A program made the position numbers and the translations under genes. Positions 9,441 to 17,557 of a stretch of DNA of 64,000 nt are shown one piece after another; position 1 is the stretch's first letter; every line of letters begins with the position of its first letter. The stretch is from Acidobacteriota bacterium (GTDB lineage: Bacteria; Acidobacteriota; Thermoanaerobaculia; UBA5066; Gp7-AA6). The stretch is taken from assembly GCA_050257975.1 (NCBI GenBank), contig JBLMXY010000016.1, positions 1,236 to 65,235 on the forward strand. The letters run 5' to 3'. The notes beneath the pieces were generated by a model that made no database searches, was not told the origin of the DNA, and worked only from the letters and a program-made list of their open reading frames with translations.

Positions 9441-10712
9441 CTACAGGGCCGAGGCGAGGTCCGGAGCCGAGAGGGGGGGCCTGCCGACGTTGCCGACGAT
9501 CGTCAGCGAGAGCACCCGCGGATCGAGCAGGCGCTCGGCCTCCCGCGCGACGTCGTCGCCGGTCACCGCTTCGACGCGCGCGATCATCTCCTCGGCCGGC
9601 TGGATCCGGCCGTAATAGAACTCGTGACGGGCCTGCATCGACATGCGGGAGACGGTGGACTCCAGGGCGAGGATCAGGTTGCCCTTCAGGTTCTCCTTCG
9701 CCCAGGCGAGCTCCCTCGGGCGCACCCCCTCGCGCTTCAACTTCTTCAGCTCCCGCAGCGTCACGTCCAGCACGCGGGCGAGGTTCTTCGGAGCGCAGGC
9801 GGCGGTGATCGTCTCGTAGCCGCCGAGGCGATAGGAATTGAGGGAAGAGGCCACCGAATAGGCGAGGCCGCGCTTCTCGCGCACCTCCTGGAAGAGCCGG
9901 GAGGACATGCCGCCGCCGAGCACGATGTCGAGAAGGCTCGCGGCGTACCGGCGCTCCGACGACTGGGACGGCCCCGCGACACCGAGACACACGTGGGCCT
10001 GCTCGAGGCCGCGGCGCGAGCGGACCTCGACGTGCTGGTGAGGGTGGGGGCGGCCGCCGCGGCGTCCCGGCGGCCCGCCGCGGGCGGGACGGCGGCGGAA
10101 GAGCCTCTCGACGGCGTCGACGACCGGTGCGGCCAGCACGTGCCCGGCCACGGAGAAGATGAGACTGCCCGGGGTGTAGCGTTCGTGGTGGTACCGGTAG
10201 AGGTCGGTCACGCCGATCGCGCGAACGGTTTCCGCGGTTCCCAGGATCGGCTCTCCCAGGGGATGCGTCCTCCAGAAGGAGCGGACGAACATCTCGTGCA
10301 CGAGGTCGTCGGGATTGTCGTTGGCCTCGCCGATCTCCTCCAGGATGACTCCGCGCTCGACCTCGATGTCCTCGGACTCGAAGGCGGGCGCGAGCACCAT
10401 GTCCCCGAGCAGGTCGAGCGCGCCTTCGAAGTTCGAGTCGAGGCTGTGCGCGTAGAAGCCCGTGTACTCCTTCGTCGTGAAGGCGTCCACGTCTCCGCCG
10501 AGCCGGTCGATCTCGCGGGCGATCTGGACGGTGGACCGGCGCCGGGTCCGCTTGAAGAGGACATGCTCGAGAAAGTGCGAGATGCCGCGGCGTTCGGCGG
10601 GCTCGTCGCCCGACCCGGCGGCCACGAAGATGCCCAGAGCGAAGGAGCGCACGTCCCGCATCTCGTCAACGAGGACGGTGACACCATTCCCGAGCACGGA
10701 TTTTTGGACCAT
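9441..10712 (-). CDS. M16-family (pitrilysin/insulinase-like) zinc peptidase
   Basis: ORF 9441..10778, with the likely start at ATG 10712 (MVQKSVLGNGVTV...). Inverted zinc motif HFLEH. Confidence 0.88.
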   Translation of the reverse strand: MVQKSVLGNGVTVLVDEMRDVRSFALGIFVAAGSGDEPAERRGISHFLEHVLFKRTRRRSTVQIAREIDRLGGDVDAFTTKEYTGFYAHSLDSNFEGALDLLGDMVLAPAFESEDIEVERGVILEEIGEANDNPDDLVHEMFVRSFWRTHPLGEPILGTAETVRAIGVTDLYRYHHERYTPGSLIFSVAGHVLAAPVVDAVERLFRRRPARGGPPGRRGGRPHPHQHVEVRSRRGLEQAHVCLGVAGPSQSSERRYAASLLDIVLGGGMSSRLFQEVREKRGLAYSVASSLNSYRLGGYETITAACAPKNLARVLDVTLRELKKLKREGVRPRELAWAKENLKGNLILALESTVSRMSMQARHEFYYGRIQPAEEMIARVEAVTGDDVAREAERLLDPRVLSLTIVGNVGRPPLSAPDLASAL

Positions 10713-10803
10713 AAAGGGCTCCCCGGCAGGCGAGGCCAATTTTACCCCCTGCGGGCCCGCACGCCGCCAGATTAGCAAGTCTTTGTATTGGAATGGCTTA
10801 AGT

Positions 10804-11586
10804 CTATCGGCTCGCGGGCGGAGGCTGCTGTCCCGGAGGCATCAGGGGCGGGTTTCGGAAGCCGCCGGGCGGCCCCGGACGGCGGTCCTCGGTATCGGCA
10901 TCGCCGGCGACGAACACCCACTCGTCGTAAAACTTGTGCCCGCGCCACTCCCGGAGCGCCTCTTCGTGCACGTTGGACCGAACACCCTGGATGGGGCCCT
11001 TGACCTCCCCGCTCGGGCTGCCGAAGGGCCCGGGGGTCGGCGTCGGGCGCGGCGGCGGCAGGCCGGTCCCGGGTTGCTGTCCTCCCCCCAGCCGGACGGG
11101 AAGGGCTTCGGCAGAGCCGAGGATCACCAGGTGCCACTTGTCGCAGCGGCACATCGGATCCTGCCAGAGCTTGCGGATCGTCCGCGGGCGGTTCTCGTAC
11201 ATCTCCTTGAGCGTGTTCGGGTATCGCCCGAATCGATGATGGAAGGCCGTGATCGCCCGCGCGTACTGGCGGCCCCGGAAGATCAGCTCTTCCTCCCGCT
11301 CCCGCTTCATGACCGTCGCGATCACGGGACCGACCGCGGCGAGCAGGATCGTGAGGATCGCCATCCCGATGACGAGGGCGACGAGGGTGTAGCCGGCGTC
11401 GCGCCGACTGAGGACTTGGGACTGAGGACCGAGGACTCTACTCGCTGGAGCCTGAATAGTCCTTAGTCCCCGGTCCTTGGTCCCTGGTCGGGAGCGGGCG
11501 ACGGCGAAACTGAGGACTCGCTCGGCTGTTGCCCGGTGAGTCCTCAGTCCTCGGTCCTCGGTCCCCAGTCGAAGGACCCGCCCCAT
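10804..11586 (-). CDS. GspG-like pseudopilin 3 (start unresolved; the open frame runs through repeat element B)
   Basis: ORF 10804..11592. Prepilin-like segment RRDAG/YTLVALVIGMAILTILLAAV, then a GspG-like body (LIFRGRQYARAITAFHHRFGRYPNTLKEM). No ATG/GTG/TTG lies between the repeat and the G/Y site. The only canonical starts are TTG-GTG-ATG at 11592-11584. The ATG at 11586 overlaps the upstream TGA as TGATG. Confidence 0.6.
   Translation of the reverse strand: MGRVLRLGTEDRGLRTHRATAERVLSFAVARSRPGTKDRGLRTIQAPASRVLGPQSQVLSRRDAGYTLVALVIGMAILTILLAAVGPVIATVMKREREEELIFRGRQYARAITAFHHRFGRYPNTLKEMYENRPRTIRKLWQDPMCRCDKWHLVILGSAEALPVRLGGGQQPGTGLPPPRPTPTPGPFGSPSGEVKGPIQGVRSNVHEEALREWRGHKFYDEWVFVAGDADTEDRRPGPPGGFRNPPLMPPGQQPPPASR
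11407..11570. repeat. heptanucleotide-periodic hairpin element B (two hairpins, GGTCCTy class)
   Basis: Hairpin 1 arms are 11407-11438 (GAGGACT TGGGACT GAGGACC GAGGACT) and 11458-11489 (AGTCCTT AGTCCCC GGTCCTT GGTCCCT). Hairpin 2 pairs CTGAGGACTC (11510-11519) with GAGTCCTCAG (11538-11547), followed by TCCTCGG TCCTCGG TCCCCAG. Confidence 0.85.
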
Positions 11587-11993
11587 CACCAATCCTTGTA
11601 CAGCGTCCCGTCCAGGGCCTTGTCCGGCGAGCCGCTGTGGACGTCCACGATGCCCGGCGTCGGCGGCTCGGAGCCGGCCTGCTCGTCAGGCGGGATTTCC
11701 TCCATCTGCAGCACCCAGGTCTCGGCCGACTTGGTCATCGGGTCGACCGGGATCTTGCGCAGGTACCCGTCGGCGACGAGCGTCTGCAGGTCGGGCGGAA
11801 AGACCAGCTTGTCGCCGTGGTACTGGTCGATGACGCTGCGCAGGGTGAAGAGGTCCTCGCGCAGCGTCGCTTCCCGGGCGCGCTGCGGCGAGTCGCGCAG
11901 CGCCGGGACGGCGATCGCCGCGAGGATGCCGATGATCGTCATGACGACGAGAAGCTCCAGAAGAGTGAAACCGGCCTGCGCCCCGCGCCTCAT
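11586..11993 (-). CDS. GspG-like type II secretion/type IV pseudopilin 2
   Basis: ATG 11993 gives MRRGAQAG/FTLLELLVVMTIIGILAAIAVP (class III signal, Glu+5), then a GspG-like body and a C-terminus ending LYKDW. One-nt TGATG overlap with the upstream gene. Confidence 0.85.
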   Translation of the reverse strand: MRRGAQAGFTLLELLVVMTIIGILAAIAVPALRDSPQRAREATLREDLFTLRSVIDQYHGDKLVFPPDLQTLVADGYLRKIPVDPMTKSAETWVLQMEEIPPDEQAGSEPPTPGIVDVHSGSPDKALDGTLYKDW

Positions 11994-12451
11994 CACCAAT
12001 CCTTGTAGTAAGTGCCGTCGGTGGCCCGCAGCCCCGACAGCGAATAGACGTCGTAGACGTTCTGCCCGCCCCAGGAGGTCGAGTCGGGCTCGTCCTGGTA
12101 GGAGCGCTGGCCCCACTCCGCCTTCTTCGTCATGGGGTCGATCGGGACGCGCCTCAGAAACTTCTGCTTCTTCTTGATCTGCCCCACCAGCTCGACGCCG
12201 TCGACCAGCGTCTGCAGGTCCGGCGGATAGCCTTCGCTGCCGAGCTGGACCTGGATCAGCCCGGTGTCGGCGTACTGCTTGTACTTGTCGATCGCCTCGC
12301 GCAGCATGCGCAGGTCGTAGCGCAGCTCCATCTCGTTCTGGCGCTTCAGCGAGTACTTGACGATCGGGATCGCCATCGCCGTCAGGATCGCGATCATCGA
12401 GCAGACGACGGCGAGCTCGACGACCGTGAAGCCGCGGCTGGTTCTCCTCAT
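11993..12451 (-). CDS. GspG-like type II secretion/type IV pseudopilin 1
   Basis: ATG 12451 gives MRRTSRG/FTVVELAVVCSMIAILTAMAIP, a GspG-like body and a C-terminus ending YYKDW. ATGA overlap with the secretin stop. Confidence 0.85.
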   Translation of the reverse strand: MRRTSRGFTVVELAVVCSMIAILTAMAIPIVKYSLKRQNEMELRYDLRMLREAIDKYKQYADTGLIQVQLGSEGYPPDLQTLVDGVELVGQIKKKQKFLRRVPIDPMTKKAEWGQRSYQDEPDSTSWGGQNVYDVYSLSGLRATDGTYYKDW

Positions 12452-14781
12452 TTGACATCCACCGTCGCGGAGGCGGAGCTGCCGGGCGCCTCCTCGAAGG
12501 ACAGGACCGAGCGGCCCGCCGCGACACCCTGCAGCGTGATCTGGGCGATCGCCTGCGTGCCCGAGAGCGGGTTGCCGCCGGGAAGGTCCAGAACGACGCG
12601 ACCGGGCTCGATGCGCGTCTCGGCGGCCGCGCTGTCCTGGAGGATCGGGCGCACGCCCACGACCGAGACGACCTTCGGGTCGAACCGGATCGCGATCGTC
12701 GAGGGAGGCAGGACGTCGCCCGTCGCCCGGACGGAAACGGTCAGCTTCTCGCCCGGCTTCAGCGTCGCGGCGGGCGGGTCGAGGTCGTAGACCGGAGCGG
12801 CGGCCGCGACCGACGCGGCTTCGACGGAAGAGGACACGTTGCGGCTCGCGCCCTGGGGCTGCGGCGGCGGGGTCGGCTGCGGCGGCGGGGCGAACGGGTT
12901 GGCGGGCATGCCGCCCGGCGCCAGGTTCTGCGGTTGTGGTGCGGCGGGCTGAGGCTGCGCCTGCTGCGGCTGCCGTACCGGAGGCTGCCGCCGCTGGAAC
13001 TCGAAGGGCCCCCCGCCGGCCGGCGATTCGAGGCGCGGCGCGCCCTGATACGAGATGTTCTGGTCGGTGCCGACGTAGACCGGGGTCACGTCCTCCTCGG
13101 TGATGTCGGGGATCCGGATGATGTGCGGCGTCAGCGTCAGGACGATGTCCGTCGTCTGGTCCTGTTTGTTGGTGTTGGTGACGAGGCGCCCGATGATCGG
13201 CAGGTCGCTCAAGAAGGGGATCTGCTTGTCCGTTCGGCTTCGATCGCGCCGGAACAGCCCCGCCAGCAGGTTCGTCTCGCCGTCCTTCAAGCGGATGTTC
13301 GAGGAGATGGTCCGGGTTCCGATGATCGGCAGCGGGGATCCGCCCGGAACGTCGACCTGCCCGCTGATCTGGGAAACCTCGACGGTCAGCTTCAGCGTGA
13401 TCTCCCGGTTGTGGTGCACCCGCGGCTCGACGTCGATCTTGATGCCGACGTCCTGGTACTGAAACGACGTCACCGGGACGATGTTGCCGCCGACGGTCGC
13501 CCCGGTGTTGAACGTCGTCACGGGAATCGGCTGCCGATCGCCGATCACGAGCTGCGCCTTCTGCCCCTCCGCGATCCGAAGCTGCGGCTTGGCGAGCAGC
13601 TCCGCCGCCCCCTGGCTCTTGATGAAGTTGTAGGTGATGGAGGGAATGGCGAACCCGAACGAGTTGATCGAAAGCTGCTTCAGCTGGTCCCAGGTGAACT
13701 GCCCCTCGCCGAGCGCCGCCCCGAGATTCGTCGTGCCCCCGGGCGCCGGCACGCTCGCCGAAACCGAGTACTTGCTCAGGATCGGGCCCAGGTCGAGCAG
13801 CTTGTTCGTGTTGACCTGAAGCAGCTCGACGTCCACGACGACCTCGGAAACCTGCTTGTCGTTCTGCTCGATGATGCGCTCGGCGATCGCGACCTTGTCG
13901 GCCGTGTCGCGCAGGGTGATCGAGTTCTCCGCCTTGTTGATCGAGATGCGGGTCGTCTGCAGCAGCGCCCGCAGGGCGTTGGAGACCTCGGTGACGTCCC
14001 CGTTGGAGAGGAAGAAAGTCCGGATGACGAGGTCTTCGTAGGTCTTGCGGTTCTGCGGCGTGTCGGCCGCGATCAGCATGGTCTTCTCGTCGATCACCTT
14101 GTAGAAGTGATTCTCCTGCCGCAGCAGCGTCTCGAGCGCCGACTGGAAGGAGAGGTTCGTCAGGATGATCGAGACGTTGTCGTCCTTGAGCTGCGGGTCG
14201 AAGATCACGTTGATGCCGGCCGCGGCGGCCAGCGCCTGGTAGATCTGCTTGATGGGCTTGGGCTGCGGGAAGTTCAGGCTGATCGGCTTGTCGCTCGCGG
14301 GCTCGAGCATGGGCAGTTTCGCCCGCGCGCCGTGGGCCCTCTTCTTCAGGGTCTCGATCTTGGTGTCCTTGTTGCGCTCCGCCGCGAGCGTCGCCGCGTC
14401 CTCGCGCGCCTTGCGCAGCTCCGTCTCGGCGAAATCGTTGGTCGGATCGAGCAGCACCGCCTGCTCGAGCTCCACGATGGCGAGGTCGGGGTTTCCCGAG
14501 GCGCGGTAGAGCTTTCCCTTCTCGAAGTGGGCCTGGGAAGCCTTCAGCTTCATCCGCACCAGGGCGAGCCTGTACTGGGGGTTCTTCGGATCGAGATCGA
14601 TCGCCTTCTGGAGCTTCAGGACGGCCGAGTCCCACTGCTCCACCGCCTCCGCGTCCTTGGCTTGCTGGTAATTGCGGTAGGCCGTGCAGCCGGCCCCCGA
14701 CAGCAGCAGGGCCAGCAAACCGAAGGCTCTGAATCTCTTCATCACGGTTTTGCCCTTTCGATCCGCGACCTCGTTTTTCAT
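12448..14781 (-). CDS. secretin (PilQ/GspD family) with an N-terminal TPR lipoprotein region and a C-terminal cohesin-like domain
   Basis: This is the tail of ORF 12448..15486. Start is ATG 14781 (ATGA overlap with the upstream gene) or ATG 14742 (MKRFRAFGLLALLLSGAGC lipobox). TPR-like region, NolW-like N domains, and a secretin core (...GTRTISSNIRLKDGETNLLAGL...IPFLSDLPIIGRLV...). A P/Q-rich linker then leads to about 115 aa resembling a cohesin fold. Confidence 0.88.
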   Translation of the reverse strand: MKNEVADRKGKTVMKRFRAFGLLALLLSGAGCTAYRNYQQAKDAEAVEQWDSAVLKLQKAIDLDPKNPQYRLALVRMKLKASQAHFEKGKLYRASGNPDLAIVELEQAVLLDPTNDFAETELRKAREDAATLAAERNKDTKIETLKKRAHGARAKLPMLEPASDKPISLNFPQPKPIKQIYQALAAAAGINVIFDPQLKDDNVSIILTNLSFQSALETLLRQENHFYKVIDEKTMLIAADTPQNRKTYEDLVIRTFFLSNGDVTEVSNALRALLQTTRISINKAENSITLRDTADKVAIAERIIEQNDKQVSEVVVDVELLQVNTNKLLDLGPILSKYSVSASVPAPGGTTNLGAALGEGQFTWDQLKQLSINSFGFAIPSITYNFIKSQGAAELLAKPQLRIAEGQKAQLVIGDRQPIPVTTFNTGATVGGNIVPVTSFQYQDVGIKIDVEPRVHHNREITLKLTVEVSQISGQVDVPGGSPLPIIGTRTISSNIRLKDGETNLLAGLFRRDRSRTDKQIPFLSDLPIIGRLVTNTNKQDQTTDIVLTLTPHIIRIPDITEEDVTPVYVGTDQNISYQGAPRLESPAGGGPFEFQRRQPPVRQPQQAQPQPAAPQPQNLAPGGMPANPFAPPPQPTPPPQPQGASRNVSSSVEAASVAAAAPVYDLDPPAATLKPGEKLTVSVRATGDVLPPSTIAIRFDPKVVSVVGVRPILQDSAAAETRIEPGRVVLDLPGGNPLSGTQAIAQITLQGVAAGRSVLSFEEAPGSSASATVDVK

Positions 14782-15395
14782 TGCCCGATCCCGAGCCTCT
14801 TGGATTCGCTCTCCGCGAATCCCACGAACCCGACGTCGATCGACTCGTAGCCGACCTTGCGCAGAATGAACCGCTCGAAGACGACGTCCCCCGCCCGCGC
14901 GTTGACGATGCGGTCGCCCGCCGCCAAAACGGCGATCGGGCGCTCGCGGGGCCCGAAGCTGCCGATGAACTTGAAGGGGATCGGCGGCGGCGCCGGTGTG
15001 GGCGTGGGGGGAGGCGGCGGCAGCGGGCCGACGAAGCGCGGGTCGCCGGGCGCCGGAGGAGGCGGCGGCGCGGGGGTCGGGGTCGGAGGCGGGGGCTTGG
15101 TCGGCTCCCGCAGATCGAACAGATCCCGCTCGGTCATCGCCTGGCCGCGGCGTGGGCGGGGGCGCAGGTCGTCCTCCGACAGCGGCGCCACGTCGTCGGC
15201 CGACACCGCGGAAGCCCCCCGCCGGCCCGCGGCGGCGCGCGGCCCGGCGGGCGAAGCGGCTCCCGCGACGCGCGCCGGCGCCTGGGAGACCTTCCTGCCA
15301 GACCCGGTCCACTTCACCACGGCAAGGACCAGGAACACGGCCAGGATGCCCAGCAGGATCGCCTGGCGGCGCGAGCCGATGGGATTGGCGCTCAG
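14778..15395 (-). CDS. PilP/GspC-like inner-membrane-anchored periplasmic protein (proposed CTG start)
   Basis: This is the frame of ORF 14778..16118. It has a TM segment RRQAILLGILAVFLVLAVV, a Pro-rich linker and a C-terminal beta domain (PIPFKFIGSFG...IAVLAAGDRIVNARAGDVV...). No ATG/GTG/TTG occurs in frame upstream of the TM for more than 250 nt. CTG at 15395-15393 overlaps the PilO-like stop as CTGA. Confidence 0.6.
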   Translation of the reverse strand: MSANPIGSRRQAILLGILAVFLVLAVVKWTGSGRKVSQAPARVAGAASPAGPRAAAGRRGASAVSADDVAPLSEDDLRPRPRRGQAMTERDLFDLREPTKPPPPTPTPAPPPPPAPGDPRFVGPLPPPPPTPTPAPPPIPFKFIGSFGPRERPIAVLAAGDRIVNARAGDVVFERFILRKVGYESIDVGFVGFAESESKRLGIGQ

Positions 15396-16021
15396 GATCG
15401 GCCCTTTCGCGCCGTCCGGGGCGCGGTCGCCGGCGGCGCGGGGCGCGCCGGCCGCCCCGATTCCTCGTCGGCAAAATAGGTGGCAATCGACATGCGCGCC
15501 TGGATGGAGCCCGGCACGTCGGCGTTGCGCGCGAGCGAGATCTCCCGTACGACGATCCAGCGCGGGCCGGTCTCGAAGGCGTCCAGCAGGCGCTTGAACT
15601 TCTGGTAGTCGGCCGCGAAGCCGAAGGCCGCGTCCATCTCGAGCAGCGGCAGCTTCCCCACCGGCTTCAAGTTGTAGCCGATGTCCGAAGGCGAGATGCC
15701 CACGCGCTTCAAGGTCGCGTGGATCTCGTCCACGACCGACGCGAGCGTCGCCCGCCGGGTGCCGATGCGCCGCCCGTAGAACTCTTCGATCGCGGCGCTG
15801 ACCTGGGAAAGCCGGGCCCGCTGTCCCTCCAGCCGCTGCGCCTCGCGCTCGGCCACGGTCACCTCGCTCGCGAGCGCCACGCGGCGGCTCTCGAGCGCCT
15901 CCTGCCGGGTCTGCCCCGTCCCCCGGTACCAGAAGAAGAACCCGGCGTTGGCCGAGAGGAAGAGCCCGGCGGCCGCGAGCCAGCCAGCCCTCCGGCGCCA
16001 TACCTCGCCCGCGCCCCTCAC
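15392..16021 (-). CDS. PilO-like pilus/secretion assembly protein
   Basis: GTG 16021 (GTGA overlap with the pilN-like stop). A TM segment WLAAAGLFLSANAGFFFW, a coiled-coil segment and a C-terminal alpha/beta domain. Sits after the PilM/N-like genes. Confidence 0.7.
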   Translation of the reverse strand: MRGAGEVWRRRAGWLAAAGLFLSANAGFFFWYRGTGQTRQEALESRRVALASEVTVAEREAQRLEGQRARLSQVSAAIEEFYGRRIGTRRATLASVVDEIHATLKRVGISPSDIGYNLKPVGKLPLLEMDAAFGFAADYQKFKRLLDAFETGPRWIVVREISLARNADVPGSIQARMSIATYFADEESGRPARPAPPATAPRTARKGRS

Positions 16022-16593
16022 CGCGTTTCCTCGGGAACGTAGCGCAGCGCGACCTGGAACGAATAGCCCTCGGGAACCCCCTTCTCCGGGCTCGATTCGG
16101 AGCGCAGCTCGACGCCATGGAACGCGGGGTCCTTCGAAAGGGCGGCGATCGCGCGCACGACGCTGTCGGGACTGCGCCCCAGGGCCGCCATGTCCACGAA
16201 GACCGAGTCGGCGGAGTCGAAGCGCGGGGACAGGCGCGCGAGGCGCACGTCGGGCGGCAGCGTGCGCTCGAGGCGCGAGAGAAGCGCCAGCCACGAGAAG
16301 CGCCGCGCCCGCACGATGGACTGCAGGCCCGCGGATTCCTCGGCGAGCGAAGACAGCGTGTACTGGCTCGCAGCCTTCCGGGCCTCCTCGGCGGCCCTGG
16401 TCGCGCGGGCGCCGCGCTCCTCGAGCCGCGCGATCTCCTCTCGCGTTCCCTCGACCTTCTTCGAGAATCGCCAGTAGAGGTTCAGGTTCGCGGCGAAGAA
16501 CACGATGCCGAGAAGCAGCGCGACTCCGACCGCGGCGAAGACCGGCCGCTCGTCGCGGAACGGCCGGCGGGCGAAGTTCCAGCTCGCGCTCAT
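16018..16593 (-). CDS. PilN-like assembly protein
   Basis: ATG 16593 gives MSASWNFARRPF (the conserved PilM-binding N-terminal peptide type), a TM segment VFAAVGVALLLGIVFFAANL and a coiled coil. Confidence 0.75.
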   Translation of the reverse strand: MSASWNFARRPFRDERPVFAAVGVALLLGIVFFAANLNLYWRFSKKVEGTREEIARLEERGARATRAAEEARKAASQYTLSSLAEESAGLQSIVRARRFSWLALLSRLERTLPPDVRLARLSPRFDSADSVFVDMAALGRSPDSVVRAIAALSKDPAFHGVELRSESSPEKGVPEGYSFQVALRYVPEETR

Positions 16594-16597
16594 CGGC

Positions 16598-17518
16598 TCA
16601 GTTTCTCCGCCAGACCGCGGCGAACGCGGCAAGCAGCTCCGGCCGCGCGGCGATTCGCTCGTCGAATCCCGCGTCCGCGCCCACGGTCGCCCCCGAGATC
16701 GCGACCGGCCGCACCGGGAACGACGCCGCTTCCGCGAGGTCCCGGCCTCCGACCTCGTCGTAGAGGTAGACGCCGGCGAGCCCCTGCCCCTGCAGTTTCT
16801 CCTTGTAGTAGGAGAGCGAGAGGCGAATCTCCTGCTGGTGTTCCTCCGATGCCTCCTCGGCGGGGCGCTGCCGGAAGAAGAGGGGGGTGCCGCCGCGCGC
16901 GATCAGGAAACAGATCGATCCCGGCGCGCGATGCACGAGGGCGTAGTCGCCGGCGGTCAGCGCGGCCAGCGCCGGTGCCAGCCCCTCGAAGAGCACGAGG
17001 CTGGCGGGCGAAAGCATCCCGACCCGCACGCCCAGGCTTTCGAAGGCCCGCTCGATCGACCGCAGCGAATCGGCCGGCGCGGCCGCCACGAGCAGTCTCT
17101 TGCCCTCGCCCGCCGCAGGCATCTCGCGGAAGGCGACGGACAGCTCCGCGGTGACGCCCGGCAGCAGCTTCTTCAGCTTCCAGAGCACCATCTCCCGGGC
17201 GCCCTCCTCCGAATCGGGCAGGGAATCGAAGTCGATCGGCAGGATCCGGGCCCAGCTGTCGGGCAGGACGACGGAAGCGCGCGACAACCGCCCTCCGGCG
17301 AGCCGGCGCGCGGCGGTGACGGCCTCCGAGAGCGCCTCGCGCGTGAAGAGCGGCGTTCCGGAGGAGGAGCTGCCGAGCGCGTTTCCCGGATAAGCGAATG
17401 CGCGCGCCTCGGCGAAGCCGGCCGGCTGCTCGCGCCGCACGCTGGCGTACGTGACGCCGTCTGCGAGCAGACAGAAGACGTGCGGAGGCACGACGGGGCG
17501 GAGGAAGGGGATCTTCAT
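16598..17518 (-). CDS. PilM/GspL-like cytoplasmic actin-fold assembly protein
   Basis: ORF 16598..17518, 306 aa. The call rests on its position immediately upstream of the PilN-like gene and on general PilM-like length and pattern. Sequence similarity was judged by eye only. Confidence 0.6.
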   Translation of the reverse strand: MKIPFLRPVVPPHVFCLLADGVTYASVRREQPAGFAEARAFAYPGNALGSSSSGTPLFTREALSEAVTAARRLAGGRLSRASVVLPDSWARILPIDFDSLPDSEEGAREMVLWKLKKLLPGVTAELSVAFREMPAAGEGKRLLVAAAPADSLRSIERAFESLGVRVGMLSPASLVLFEGLAPALAALTAGDYALVHRAPGSICFLIARGGTPLFFRQRPAEEASEEHQQEIRLSLSYYKEKLQGQGLAGVYLYDEVGGRDLAEAASFPVRPVAISGATVGADAGFDERIAARPELLAAFAAVWRRN

Positions 17519-17524
17519 CGGAAG

Positions 17525-17555
17525 TCGTCAGTTCTCAGTTGTCAGTTCTCAGTTC
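17525..17555. repeat. heptanucleotide repeat element C (single arm)
   Basis: TCAGTTC TCAGTTG TCAGTTC TCAGTTC at 17528-17555, in the 39-nt gap between the gspE-like stop (17558) and the pilM-like start (17518). No complementary arm is present. Confidence 0.8.
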
Positions 17556-17557
17556 CG

